Source: Candidatus Limnocylindrales bacterium
GTDB taxonomy: Bacteria > Chloroflexota > Limnocylindria > Limnocylindrales > CSP1-4
Direction of reading: 5' to 3'
NCBI GenBank assembly: GCA_035717785.1
Contig: DASTIG010000116.1
Coordinates: 3,055-67,054 of the forward strand
DNA: 64,000 nucleotides
The notes under the pieces are model-generated. The model searched no databases. It was given only the letters and a program-made list of their open reading frames with translations, and was not told the origin of the DNA. Position 1 is the first letter of the stretch; every line of letters starts with the position of its first letter. This document shows positions 16,565 to 26,130 of this stretch, in pieces. Both the position numbers and the translations under genes were made by a program.

Positions 16565-18079
16565 TCAGCGGTGCTCCCGGCAGCGACATGGATCGTCGAC
16601 CGGGGTAAGGGCGAGACGGAGCAACGAGCGCAGGATGGGACCGGGATCAGTCCGGCTCTGGTTGGTCAGCACGGCGATCGAGACACCCTGATCGGGGAGA
16701 TAGCGCACCGCAGACCTGAAGCCGAGCAGGCGACCCGAGTGACCGACCGTTCGCCGGCCGTCGATCTCGATCGCCTGCACCCCGTAGCCGTACGGGATCG
16801 CCGCTTTGACGGCCGCTGTTCCCGCCACATCGACCATGGCCTCGAGATAATCGGGCGTGAGGACGTCGCCTCCGTACAGGGCGTGCGCCCAATGCGCGAG
16901 GTCGTCCGCGCTCGCCGCGAAACCGCCGGCGCCACCGGCCGCGGTCACGACCGACGTGAACGGCACGAGCGGAGTGCCATCCGACAGGTCGATCGCGGGC
17001 GCCGTCCGGGCCGAGGATGCGAAGCGGTAGCCGTGAGCGACGTCGACCGGAGCCTTGTCCTCAGGCTGATACCAGGTGTGGTCGAGATCGAGCGGTCGAA
17101 GGAAGCGCTCCCGCACCTGGTCGGCCAATGGGGCATCGCCGACGGCCTCGGCGAGCATCCCGAGGACCAGGTAATTCGTGTTCGAGTAGTGCCACCCCTT
17201 GCCCGCTTCGAAGTAGGCCTTGCCGACGTACTTCATCGCCTGCGTCGCATCCCAACGGCGATCCGGGCGGGATAGCAGCAGCTTGTCGATGGACGCGTGG
17301 AAGAAGTAGTCGCGCAGCCCGCTCGTGTGATCGAGCAGGTGGCGAACCTTAACCTTGACCGAGATCTTCTTGAGGGCCGGCAGGTACCGCCGGACCGGGG
17401 CGTTGAGATCGATCCGGCCGTCCTCGGCAAGGGCCAGGATCAGCGCGGCCGTGAAGGTCTTGCTGACGCTGGCGATCGCGAAGGATGTCGAACGGGTCAC
17501 CGGCGTTTCGGCCGCGACGTCGGCCATCCCGCTGACACCAAGCCACGTGGATCCGTCGGGCAGGACGATCGCGACTGAGATGCCCGGGATTGCGTACCGC
17601 TCGCGCAGCCGATCGAGACGCGCCTGCAGCGCCAGGCGAGTGGCCGGCGCCAGTCGTGGTCGAGTGATCGATGTCGGCGGCTCGGCCGTGGGCGGCGCCC
17701 CGGCTACGGGTCCCGGGCTGGGGGAGGTCGCGGCCGGTGCCGAGGCCGTGGGGGAGCCGGGTGCGTACGAGGGGGAGGCTGCGGACGGCATCGCGCTCGG
17801 GAGCGCGGTGGTGCTCGCCGGCGTGGGCGGTGGCGTGCCGGTCGCAGTTGGTGCCGGGGATGCCGCCGCGGTGGGGCTCGGGCTGGGACTTGGGGCGGTC
17901 GTCTGGATCGGGGACGGCGACGCGGTCGGCGCCGGCACCAGGGCACCGATCAGGTCCGGGGCGCGCTGGGTCGCCAGGATCGGACCGAGAGTGACGGTTC
18001 CGACGGCTGCGGCGACGGCGATGGGGACGATGAGAAGGGCATGCCGGGCCCCCGCCCGGCGCGCCCGGGACGCGGCCAT
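16565..18079 (-). CDS. Serine hydrolase, beta-lactamase / DD-peptidase family, membrane-anchored
   Basis: SxxK (ASVSKTF) and YxN (YSNTNY) motifs. N-terminal TM plus a long Pro/Ala/Ser/Thr linker. Start uncertain: 18079, 18118 or 18145. Confidence 0.85.
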   Translation of the reverse strand: MAASRARRAGARHALLIVPIAVAAAVGTVTLGPILATQRAPDLIGALVPAPTASPSPIQTTAPSPSPSPTAAASPAPTATGTPPPTPASTTALPSAMPSAASPSYAPGSPTASAPAATSPSPGPVAGAPPTAEPPTSITRPRLAPATRLALQARLDRLRERYAIPGISVAIVLPDGSTWLGVSGMADVAAETPVTRSTSFAIASVSKTFTAALILALAEDGRIDLNAPVRRYLPALKKISVKVKVRHLLDHTSGLRDYFFHASIDKLLLSRPDRRWDATQAMKYVGKAYFEAGKGWHYSNTNYLVLGMLAEAVGDAPLADQVRERFLRPLDLDHTWYQPEDKAPVDVAHGYRFASSARTAPAIDLSDGTPLVPFTSVVTAAGGAGGFAASADDLAHWAHALYGGDVLTPDYLEAMVDVAGTAAVKAAIPYGYGVQAIEIDGRRTVGHSGRLLGFRSAVRYLPDQGVSIAVLTNQSRTDPGPILRSLLRLALTPVDDPCRCREHR

Positions 18080-18150
18080 GCAGCGCGCACCATACCGCGG
18101 AGCCCCGACGGGTACCATCCCCGGGTGCCCCGCTCCCCGGCTCAACGCTC

Positions 18151-19362
18151 GTGAACGCCGCCGAGCTGCTGCGCGAGGTCGGGCTGATGCCCGATGGTCC
18201 CGTCGTCTGGGGCCGACAGGTTCCCGCCCGCGTGCCGGGCGTTTTCGTCGTCGAGCTGGGCGAGCCGCTGCCCCGGGCGCCGATCGAGCTGACCCGCGTC
18301 GGCAAGTGGGTCGAGCGCGTGCCCTCGTTGACCCTGGACGGCGTCCGACCTAGTTCGCGGGCGGTGGCGACGAGGCTCGGCCAGTTCTGGTTGCCGTCCC
18401 AGGTCGTGCTGTACATCGCGGCGACGACATCGATCGGCCGGCGCATCGCGGCGCTCCAGAACACTGTCCTCGGTGACCGCCGGCCCACCTCGGGTGGACA
18501 CTGGCTACACACGTTCCGGGCATCCGTCCCGATGCGGGTCTGGTGGGCCGCGACCGATGCGGCGGAGGAATACGAGGACGCGCTGCTCAACGCCTTCGCG
18601 GCGAGCGTGTCGGCCGACGAGGTCGCAGCGCTCCACGATCCGTCGGTCGTGCTGCCGTTCGCAAACCTTCGGCGACCGACGGGCGAGCGCCGCGCCTCGG
18701 GTCTGGCCGGCTCGCTGCTGCCGGATGTTCAGGAGCCCCCACCGCCGCCGACCCACGTCGTCGTGCTGCCCGATGGCGATGCCGAAGGAGCGCGTGGCGA
18801 ACCGCCCGAGCGGAAGCCACGGTCCAGGGGCGGAGGCGGGAAGGTCGGGGCGACCGCGAGCGTAGCTTCGTCGACAGCGGGGCCCGGCCCATTGAAGAGC
18901 GCTGCGCCGGACGCGCGGCTGACCGCAAGCGGAGCGGCACGCATGCGCACCGAGCTGACCGAGCTCACCGAGGTCCGACGTCCCGAGGTGATCGCCCGGA
19001 TCCGAACGGCCAAGGAGCTCGGCGATCTCAAGGAGAACGCCGATTACACCGCGGCGCGGGAGGAACAGTCCTTCCTGGAAGGGCGGATCCAGGCGCTGGA
19101 GGCTCGCTTACGGGACGCTGTCATCGCCGAGGTGCCAGGGGTCGGGTCCGGGGCGGACATCGGGTCGACTGTGACGGTGGAGATCGATGGGTCGGAGATC
19201 ACCTACACGCTCGTGGGCTCGGCCGAGTCCGATCCGTCGGCGGGCCGGCTGTCGGCGGTATCACCCGTGGGGCGCGGCCTTGTCGGCGCGAAGGCCGGCG
19301 ACGAGGTCGTGATCCAGACGCCGCGCGGGGGCGTCACGTACAGGGTGATCGCGGTCGACTAG
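18151..19362 (+). CDS. greA: GreA transcription elongation factor with 247-aa N-terminal extension
   Basis: The C-terminal ~156 aa are a complete GreA (RRPEVIARIRTAKELGDLKENADYTAAREEQSFLEGRIQALE ... SAVSPVGRGLVGAKAGDEVVIQTP). The upstream 741 nt are in the same frame with no stop and coding-like GC3. A possible internal TTG start lies at 18892. Confidence 0.8.
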   Translation: MNAAELLREVGLMPDGPVVWGRQVPARVPGVFVVELGEPLPRAPIELTRVGKWVERVPSLTLDGVRPSSRAVATRLGQFWLPSQVVLYIAATTSIGRRIAALQNTVLGDRRPTSGGHWLHTFRASVPMRVWWAATDAAEEYEDALLNAFAASVSADEVAALHDPSVVLPFANLRRPTGERRASGLAGSLLPDVQEPPPPPTHVVVLPDGDAEGARGEPPERKPRSRGGGGKVGATASVASSTAGPGPLKSAAPDARLTASGAARMRTELTELTEVRRPEVIARIRTAKELGDLKENADYTAAREEQSFLEGRIQALEARLRDAVIAEVPGVGSGADIGSTVTVEIDGSEITYTLVGSAESDPSAGRLSAVSPVGRGLVGAKAGDEVVIQTPRGGVTYRVIAVD

Positions 19363-19630
19363 CTCGATCGCGCGGCGCCCAAGTTTGCGGCGCCCCACGT
19401 TCTCGCCAAATGTGCGTCAGGGCGGCACCGGACAACGAAGTTCTTGCCAGCTGTTCGGCCAGGGTGACACCTGAGAAAAACTGCGTGGATCGAGGCCCTC
19501 CAGCCTCGTTGGAGACGTCCGGGGCGCGCCCATCCGTGTCCCGTGCTGCCGGGACGAGCAAATGACGAGAATCGCTGCCGCGGGGGATCGCAGGTGGGCC
19601 GCGTGGCCCGGCTGTTCGCTCCCGTCGGAG

Positions 19631-20374
19631 CTACCCCTTCCCGCCGTCGACCAGCTTGTGCTCGACAGCGTAGAGCGCGGCCTGCGTCCGTGACGCCAGG
19701 CCGAGCTTGCCGAGGATGTTCGACACGTAGGTGCGCGCTGTCCGCTCTGTGATGAACAGCTCGGTGCCGATCTCCTTGTTGCTCATCCCCTGCCCGAGCA
19801 GGCGCAGGACGTCCTTCTCGCGCTCGGTCAGCGGCTCGGCCAATTCCTCCTCGGGCGACTTCCTGGCGCGCATCCGCTGGGCCAGCAGCCGCGCCACGGC
19901 CGGGTCGAGATGGACCTCGCCGGCGAACGCCGCCCGGACGGCACCAGCGACCTCCTCGGCTTCGGCGTCCTTGAGCACATAGCCCGACGCGCCAGCTTCG
20001 AGCGCGGCCGTGACCTTCTCTTCCTCGATGAACGAGGTCATCGTCACGATCTCGGTCTCGGGCCGTTCCGCCTTGATCCGGCCGATGGCGGTCACACCGT
20101 CCATCGTCGGCATCAGCAGGTCCATGAGCACCACGTCCGGCTCGAGCCGGCGGGCCATAGCGACTCCCTCGGAGCCATCGGCGGCCTCGCCCACGACCTC
20201 GATGTCGGGCTGGTGGTCGAAGAACATCTTGAGTCCCATCCGCACGACCGCATGGTCGTCGACGATCAGGACGCGGATCGGGGCTGGGTCGGTCACATAG
20301 GCTCCTGGCGCCGATCCGGCGCCGATCGTGGAGGTCAGGACGGAAACGCGGGTGGGCGTCGTCGAGTCTAGCAA
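19631..20374 (-). CDS. NarL/FixJ (LuxR)-family response regulator
   Basis: Receiver (IRVLIVDDHAVVRMGL ... VVLMDLLMP) plus LuxR HTH (LTEREKDVLRLLGQGMSNKEIGTELFITERTARTYVSNI). TTG start 7 nt after GGAGGA. Confidence 0.9.
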   Translation of the reverse strand: MLDSTTPTRVSVLTSTIGAGSAPGAYVTDPAPIRVLIVDDHAVVRMGLKMFFDHQPDIEVVGEAADGSEGVAMARRLEPDVVLMDLLMPTMDGVTAIGRIKAERPETEIVTMTSFIEEEKVTAALEAGASGYVLKDAEAEEVAGAVRAAFAGEVHLDPAVARLLAQRMRARKSPEEELAEPLTEREKDVLRLLGQGMSNKEIGTELFITERTARTYVSNILGKLGLASRTQAALYAVEHKLVDGGKG

Positions 20375-20403
20375 AGGACCATCCTCCGGCTGCGGGGTGG
20401 GTC

Positions 20404-20823
20404 TCAGGCGGTTTCGGACGCTGTCTGGTCGAGCGTCCTGCCGGCGGAGAGGACCGCCGCGACCAGCTCGCTCGGGCGGAAGGTCTTTCGCACGAACCCG
20501 TCGGCGCCGCTCTCGATGACTTCCGACTCGAGCGAGTCGGACCAGCTCATGGCGAGGATGCGGACCGCGGGCAGGTGTGCGCGGAGTCTGGCGATGAAAG
20601 CCATGCCCCCATCAACCTCGGGCAGCCGTGGATCGACGATCACGACGTCCGGTTCGGAGTCGATGGCGAGGTCGAAGGCTAGGCCGGCCAGGCCGGCACT
20701 GGCGACGACCGTACAGCGGCCGCCGATGGCAAGGAGTCCGGTCAGGCTTTCACGCACCCGATCATCGGCATCGACGACCAGGACGCGGATCGGGCCGTCG
20801 TACCGGGGACTGGTGTGTGACAT
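20404..20823 (-). CDS. Single-domain response regulator (receiver only)
   Basis: IRVLVVDADDRVRESL ... DVVIVDPRLPEVDG ... GFVRKTF. Lies between the histidine kinase and the LuxR regulator. Confidence 0.85.
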   Translation of the reverse strand: MSHTSPRYDGPIRVLVVDADDRVRESLTGLLAIGGRCTVVASAGLAGLAFDLAIDSEPDVVIVDPRLPEVDGGMAFIARLRAHLPAVRILAMSWSDSLESEVIESGADGFVRKTFRPSELVAAVLSAGRTLDQTASETA

Positions 20824-20909
20824 TGCCCCATCGTGGGACCCGACTCGGCGACCCCGAAAGAGACCATCGCCGGGGCGTCGGCTCGGCGGAACGTCCGCAG
20901 CCGCCTACG

Positions 20910-23900
20910 TCATCCGTCGCGGATCGAGGCGACCTCCTCAGGGTTCGGGACGCGCTGGACGTCGCTCGCAGCGGCGAGCCGATCCAACACGGCGCCGTCC
21001 ATCGTGACCTCGACCGTGGTGCCTTCTCCAGGCTTGCTCATGCACGAGAACCGGGCGCCGACGCGCTCGGATCGGGCTCGCATCCCGGCGAGGCCGAGGT
21101 GGCCTTCGGGCACCCGCTCCGGGTCGAAGCCTTTGCCGTCGTCCTCGACGCTGAGGCGGACGCCGCCGTCCTGGCGGCGGACCTCCACGCGGACCCGGTG
21201 CGCGGCCGCGTGCTTGACGACGTTGTGGAGCGCCTCCTGGGCGATCCGGTAGAGCACCTCCTCGGCGGGGAGCGGCAATCGCTCGGGCAGGTCGCTGTCG
21301 ACCACGATCGGCAGGCCGAGCCGGCCCTGCAGTGCCGCCGCATGCGTCTTGAGCGCCCGGGACAGACCGTCCTGCTCGAGGTTGCCCGGCCGCAGCTCGA
21401 AGATCAGTGCCCGCATCTCGGCGAGCGCTTCGCGCTGGAGCTCGCGCAGCTGGCCGAGCTGCTCCCGCGCGGCCTCGGGATCGCGATCGAGCAGCATCTC
21501 GACCGAGCGCGCCACGAGCGTCATCGAGAAGAGGGCCTGCGTGACCGAGTCGTGCAGCTCGCGGGCCAGGTGGGCTCGCTCCTCGCCGGCCGCCAGCTCC
21601 CCGGCCTGGCGACGCAGCTCGTTCTCGAGCCGGACCTGGGCGCTCACGTCACGCGTCGCGCCCTGGATCCCGGCGAACGTGTCGCCGTCGGTGATGCCGA
21701 TCGCTCGCACGTCTACTGGCACGCGGCGCCCGTCCGGTCCGCGGAGGACGAGCGCGGCCTGCTGTTCGAGGTCCGGGTGCGCGACGAGCTCTGCCCAGCG
21801 GTTGCCGGCGAGCGGAATGGTGGTCTGGTCGACGAGCGCCGAAAAGTGTTGCCCGAGCAGATCGTCCGCTACGTATCCTGTGACCCGCTCGATCGCGTCG
21901 GACAGGAACGTGAACCGCCCCTCGGCATCGGTCGAGAAGACGATGTCCGGGGAGTTCTGGACCAGGAACCGGAAACGCTCCTCCGACTGGCTCAGCTCGC
22001 GCTCGAGACGGAGGCGCTCCGAGATGTCGCGCGCCACGCCGTTGATCCCCGCCAAGGCTCCGTCCTCGACCTTGCCGATGACGTTGATCTCGAGCTCGCG
22101 CGGCGCACCGCCCCCGTCGAGAAAGTCGATGCGGATCGAGTGGACGGTCGTGGGGTCGCTGACGACTGCCTCATAGCTCGCGGCCGCCGCGGATGCCCAG
22201 CCGGGGGCGACGAACTCGGTGAAATGGCGGCCCAAGGTGTGCTCGCGGTCCCAGCCGAGCATCGTGAAGGCCCGGTCCGACAGGAACGTGTAGCGACCCT
22301 CGGCGTCGGTCGCGAACACCAGATCGGGTGACGACGACGCGAGGGTGCGATAGCGGTCCTCGGAGGCGCGCAGGTCGCGCTCGAGTCGATCGTGGTCGCG
22401 CATGTCGCGCACTGATCCGTTGGCGCCGGTGAACCGGCCGGCCACGTCAAGCGTCGCGTGCGCGATGAACTCGGCGGGCACGGGCGACCCGTCGCGGTGC
22501 TTGAGATTGAGCCGGCCGCGGACCTCCTGCGAGGGACCCTCGAGTGCTGCCGTCCAGTCGATCTGGGCGACGTCGCTCGACGTTTCGTGGACCAGTGCGC
22601 CGAAGTGCTGGCCGAGGAGCTCGTCGGGGCGGAATCCGGTGAGTCGCTCGACGGCGGCAGACAGGAACGTGAGGCGCGCGTCGGCCCCGATCGACCAGAT
22701 GAGGTCCGGGGCGTTCTGCACGAGGTACCGGTAGCGCTCCTCCGATTCGCGCAGCTCGCGTTCGAGGCGTGAGCGCTCGGAGACATCACGGACCGTGCCC
22801 TGCGCGCCGACCCAGCGGCCATCCTCGAACACCCCGGTCGTCGTGACCTCGGCCGCGAAGGTCGACCGGTCACGCCGCACCAGGATCAGCGGCACCCGCT
22901 CGACGAGATCGGGGTCGCGGCTGACCGCCCCGTACGCCTCTTGCGCGATCGGCATCGAGTCCGGGTGCGTCAGGAAAGCGAAATGCTCGCCGATGATCTT
23001 GTCGATCGGCCAGCCGAACAGCGCCTCGCCGGAATCGGCCATGAAGGTGAACACGCCCTCGTCGTCGGCGCGCCACATGACGTCCGGGGTCGTCTGGACA
23101 AGGCCCCGGAAGCGAGCCTCCTCCTGAGTGACACGGGCGAGCAGGTTCGAGTTCGTGAGGGCGATGGCGGCCTGGTCGGCGAGGCCCTGGAGGAGATCGA
23201 GATCGTCGGCCTCGAACGCACGTGGCTGGTTCGTCGAGATCGCCAGGGTCCCGATGACCTCCCCGCCGGGCGCCCGCAGCGGCGCCGCGGCCATGCCGAC
23301 CAGGCCCATCCGACGGGCGACGTCCTGATCGTCCGGTTCGTGCGGGATGCGCGGGTCCGCCAGGTAGTCGGACGTCCAGACGGGGTTCCCCTCCTGGGCG
23401 GCCAGCCCGTTGATCCCGCCCCCGAGGGGGAACCGCATCCCGAGCAGCCAGTCGCGGGTCTCCGGGTCGGCGCCGCCCGATACGACCACCGGGATGAGGT
23501 ATTCACCGCCTGGCGCCATCCGCGTCAGGTGCGCGCCGTCGCTGTCGAGCAGGCGCTTGGCGTCCTCCACGACCCGTTCGAGGACCTCGTCTGGGTCCCG
23601 CAACGCCGCGATCCGGGCGGTGATGTCGCGCAGGGTGCGCTCCGTCTCGGCCCTCCGCTCGAGGGCAAGCCTGGAGCGCTCGAGCTCATCGATCAGGCGC
23701 GCGTTGGTGATGGCGATCGCGGCCTGTTCGGCGAGGCCGCCGAGGACGGCCGCATCGAGCTCGTCGAACGCGTTCGGTTCGTGGCTCATGACCTCGATGG
23801 CGCCGAGCGGCCCAGCCTCACCGATGATCGGCACGGCGATGAGGTCGCGGACCTGGGCGAGCTCCGCGAGCGAATCGGTCAGGTCGTCGTGATCGAACTC

Positions 23901-25409
23901 GGCCGAGCTGTAGTCGCCGACGTGGATGACCCGCCGTTCGGCGACGGCCTTGCCGGCGACGCCCTTGCCGACCCGCAGGCTGTTGAGCTTCAACGCCTCG
24001 CGCTGCGCGTCGGGCAGTCCGGCGTCGTAGGCCCAGAGCAGCGTGCCCTGGTCCGGGTCGTACTGGTCGATGACGGCGCCGTCGGCGCGCAGCAGTCGAC
24101 GCGCCTCGTCGACGACGTCCTGGAGCACCTCATCCGGTTCGCGCAGGGCTGTGATCCGCGCCGCGATCTGGCGCAGGCTGCGCTCGGCTTCGGCGCGCCG
24201 CTCGACGTCGGCCTGGGACCGTGCCAGCGCCTCCATCAGGTTGGCGTTGACGATCGCGATCGAGGCGTGCGTGGCAAGAGCCGACAGCGTCTCCGCGTCG
24301 GCATCGCTGTACGCCCCGGGGCTCCGCGACACGACCGACAGCACGCCCAGCGGCCGCGCGTCCTCACCTGTCAGCGGGACCGCGATGACCGCCCGGATGC
24401 CGGCGCTGCGGATGAACTTCTCGATGCCGGGCGTCGTCTCGAAACGGTCGTCCGCGAGGTAATCGGGGGTCATGTACGGGCGCTGGTGGGCGAAGGCGAG
24501 ACCGGCCACCGCCTGGCCAGGTTTGATGCCACTGGTGCGGCCCCATTCGGGGACGTCGCGCATCGCGTCGCCGGCCGAGTACGCCCACAGCAGCGAGCTC
24601 GTCGCGTCGTCCCACAGGTCGATGCGTGCGCCGTCCGACTCCAGCAGGCGAGCCGCCTCGACGACGATCCGGTCGAGGACCTCGTTCGGGTCGAGGATCG
24701 ACGACACCCGCACCGCGATCTCGCGCAGCGCCTGCTCGGCGTCCGCGCGGCGTGCGAGGTCGTTCCGCGAGCGATCGAGCTCCTGCCGCGATCGATCGAG
24801 CTCCTCGATCAGCCGCGTGTTCGCCATCGCGCTGGCGGCGTGCTCGGCGAGCGAGCGGACCAGCGCGATCTGAGCCGCGTCGAACGCGTCCTCGCGCTTC
24901 GAGAACGTCCCGAGGGCACCGAACACCTCGTCGCCCGCGGCGAGCGGCGCGACGACCATGGATCTGATGCCGAGATCCTCGACGACGCGATCGGCGCTGG
25001 CCGCGTGCCGGAAGGACTGGTCCGCGCGATAGTCCGAGGTCATCACGACCGCCCGTTCCGCGACGGCTCGGCCGAACATGCCGACGCCCGGCGCAAGCTC
25101 GATCGTGCGGATCAATTCGCGCGTGCGTGCGCGCTTGATACCGGCGTCATGGGCGAACCGGAGGTTGCCCGTCGTCGGGTCGACGAGATAGACCATCGCG
25201 CCGTCCGCGTCGAGCAGGCGCGCGGTCTCCTCGACCGCGTCGGTCAGCAGGTGGTGCAGGACACTCGCGCCGCCATCGGGGTCGAGTCGGCGATCCGCCG
25301 CGCGCGGACGGGGCGTCTTGGGCGCGGGACGAGGCTTCGCCGGGCGACGGGATCGGGAAGGCGCGGTCATCGGGCGTGAGGATACGCCGGGCCGTCGAAC
25401 ACGGGGCAT
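20910..25409 (-). CDS. Soluble multi-sensor histidine kinase (4 GAF + 4 PAS + HisKA_3 + HATPase_c)
   Basis: 1499 aa with no TM segment. Four GAF-like and four PAS-like modules joined by ERSRLEREL-type linkers. H-box HLARELHDSVTQALF, N-box EALHNVVKHA, G-box DDGKGF...GLAGM. Alternative ATG at 25370. Confidence 0.9.
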   Translation of the reverse strand: MPRVRRPGVSSRPMTAPSRSRRPAKPRPAPKTPRPRAADRRLDPDGGASVLHHLLTDAVEETARLLDADGAMVYLVDPTTGNLRFAHDAGIKRARTRELIRTIELAPGVGMFGRAVAERAVVMTSDYRADQSFRHAASADRVVEDLGIRSMVVAPLAAGDEVFGALGTFSKREDAFDAAQIALVRSLAEHAASAMANTRLIEELDRSRQELDRSRNDLARRADAEQALREIAVRVSSILDPNEVLDRIVVEAARLLESDGARIDLWDDATSSLLWAYSAGDAMRDVPEWGRTSGIKPGQAVAGLAFAHQRPYMTPDYLADDRFETTPGIEKFIRSAGIRAVIAVPLTGEDARPLGVLSVVSRSPGAYSDADAETLSALATHASIAIVNANLMEALARSQADVERRAEAERSLRQIAARITALREPDEVLQDVVDEARRLLRADGAVIDQYDPDQGTLLWAYDAGLPDAQREALKLNSLRVGKGVAGKAVAERRVIHVGDYSSAEFDHDDLTDSLAELAQVRDLIAVPIIGEAGPLGAIEVMSHEPNAFDELDAAVLGGLAEQAAIAITNARLIDELERSRLALERRAETERTLRDITARIAALRDPDEVLERVVEDAKRLLDSDGAHLTRMAPGGEYLIPVVVSGGADPETRDWLLGMRFPLGGGINGLAAQEGNPVWTSDYLADPRIPHEPDDQDVARRMGLVGMAAAPLRAPGGEVIGTLAISTNQPRAFEADDLDLLQGLADQAAIALTNSNLLARVTQEEARFRGLVQTTPDVMWRADDEGVFTFMADSGEALFGWPIDKIIGEHFAFLTHPDSMPIAQEAYGAVSRDPDLVERVPLILVRRDRSTFAAEVTTTGVFEDGRWVGAQGTVRDVSERSRLERELRESEERYRYLVQNAPDLIWSIGADARLTFLSAAVERLTGFRPDELLGQHFGALVHETSSDVAQIDWTAALEGPSQEVRGRLNLKHRDGSPVPAEFIAHATLDVAGRFTGANGSVRDMRDHDRLERDLRASEDRYRTLASSSPDLVFATDAEGRYTFLSDRAFTMLGWDREHTLGRHFTEFVAPGWASAAAASYEAVVSDPTTVHSIRIDFLDGGGAPRELEINVIGKVEDGALAGINGVARDISERLRLERELSQSEERFRFLVQNSPDIVFSTDAEGRFTFLSDAIERVTGYVADDLLGQHFSALVDQTTIPLAGNRWAELVAHPDLEQQAALVLRGPDGRRVPVDVRAIGITDGDTFAGIQGATRDVSAQVRLENELRRQAGELAAGEERAHLARELHDSVTQALFSMTLVARSVEMLLDRDPEAAREQLGQLRELQREALAEMRALIFELRPGNLEQDGLSRALKTHAAALQGRLGLPIVVDSDLPERLPLPAEEVLYRIAQEALHNVVKHAAAHRVRVEVRRQDGGVRLSVEDDGKGFDPERVPEGHLGLAGMRARSERVGARFSCMSKPGEGTTVEVTMDGAVLDRLAAASDVQRVPNPEEVASIRDG

Positions 25410-25601
25410 CGCCGTTCGGCCGGGCCGGCTACGTCATCTGGCATAGGAGGGGGTCGACGCGGGACGGTGATCGGCCGAGGGCGAGCGTCCGCTCGATACG
25501 GCGTCCCTTGCCGGGCGCGATGCGAGGGTGCGCGGCTGACGATGCTCCCATCACCGACCGGCACACGACCGGCGCCACCGAAACGAGGTCCCGACACCGA
25601 G

Positions 25602-26030
25602 ATGTTCGCCACCCGAACGACCTTCCGTGCTTCCGACGTCGTGGTCCGCGCCGCGATCGTGGGTCTTGCGCTCGCCACCGGATACATCCACCTGACCCTG
25701 GGCGGACTGCTGTTCACCCTGAACGCGATCGGCTACTTTGTCGCCGCCGTCGCGATGATCGTCCCGCTCGCCCTCGCGGTCCGGTTCCGTTGGTTCGTCC
25801 GCCTTGGCCTCATCGGTTACGCGGCAACGACCATCGTCGCCTGGGCCATCCAGGGCCCGTACTTCGAGACCGCCTACATCGCCAAGGCCATCGAAGTCGC
25901 GCTTATCGCACTGCTCGCCATCGACTTCGCCCGCATGGACGGAAACCCCATCGCCGTCGTGAAGCGCGAACTGAGTGCGCTGAACACGTTCGTCGGCTCG
26001 CGTGGCCGCTCGGCCGGCGCCGAGGCCTAG
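25602..26030 (+). CDS. Integral membrane protein (about 4 TM), function unknown
   Basis: Hydrophobic helices (AAIVGLALATGYIHL, LLFTLNAIGYFVAAVAMIV, and others). Start set at ATG 25602. Confidence 0.6.
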   Translation: MFATRTTFRASDVVVRAAIVGLALATGYIHLTLGGLLFTLNAIGYFVAAVAMIVPLALAVRFRWFVRLGLIGYAATTIVAWAIQGPYFETAYIAKAIEVALIALLAIDFARMDGNPIAVVKRELSALNTFVGSRGRSAGAEA

Positions 26031-26077
26031 GATCCGCGATCCACGCTACCGTTACGAGAGTCCCGATTGACCCCCGG

Positions 26078-26106
26078 CCGAGCCGCGTCCGCAAGACGCG
26101 GCTCGG
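26078..26106 (+). terminator. Perfect 12-bp hairpin between the membrane-protein and cupredoxin genes
   Basis: CCGAGCCGCGTC-CGCAA-GACGCGGCTCGG with no U-tract. It could be a terminator, an attenuator or an RNA-stability element. Confidence 0.4.
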
Positions 26107-26130
26107 TCCACGTCTCCAAGGAGATCATTG

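Noticed and set aside
18892-19362. Annotating greA as a stand-alone 156-aa gene starting at TTG 18892
   Set aside because: This is not fully rejected. The TTG has only a weak GCGGGG upstream, and the preceding 741 nt are clearly coding in the same frame, so the fusion is the more economical reading pending TSS or proteomic data.
20628-25379. Long plus-strand ORFs (567 aa at 20628-22331 and 812 aa at 22941-25379) across the histidine-kinase locus
   Set aside because: They are exactly antisense to a gene with unmistakable GAF/PAS/HisKA_3/HATPase motifs. Their translations are Arg/Asp/Gly/Pro-rich and domain-free, the typical GC-driven shadow ORF.
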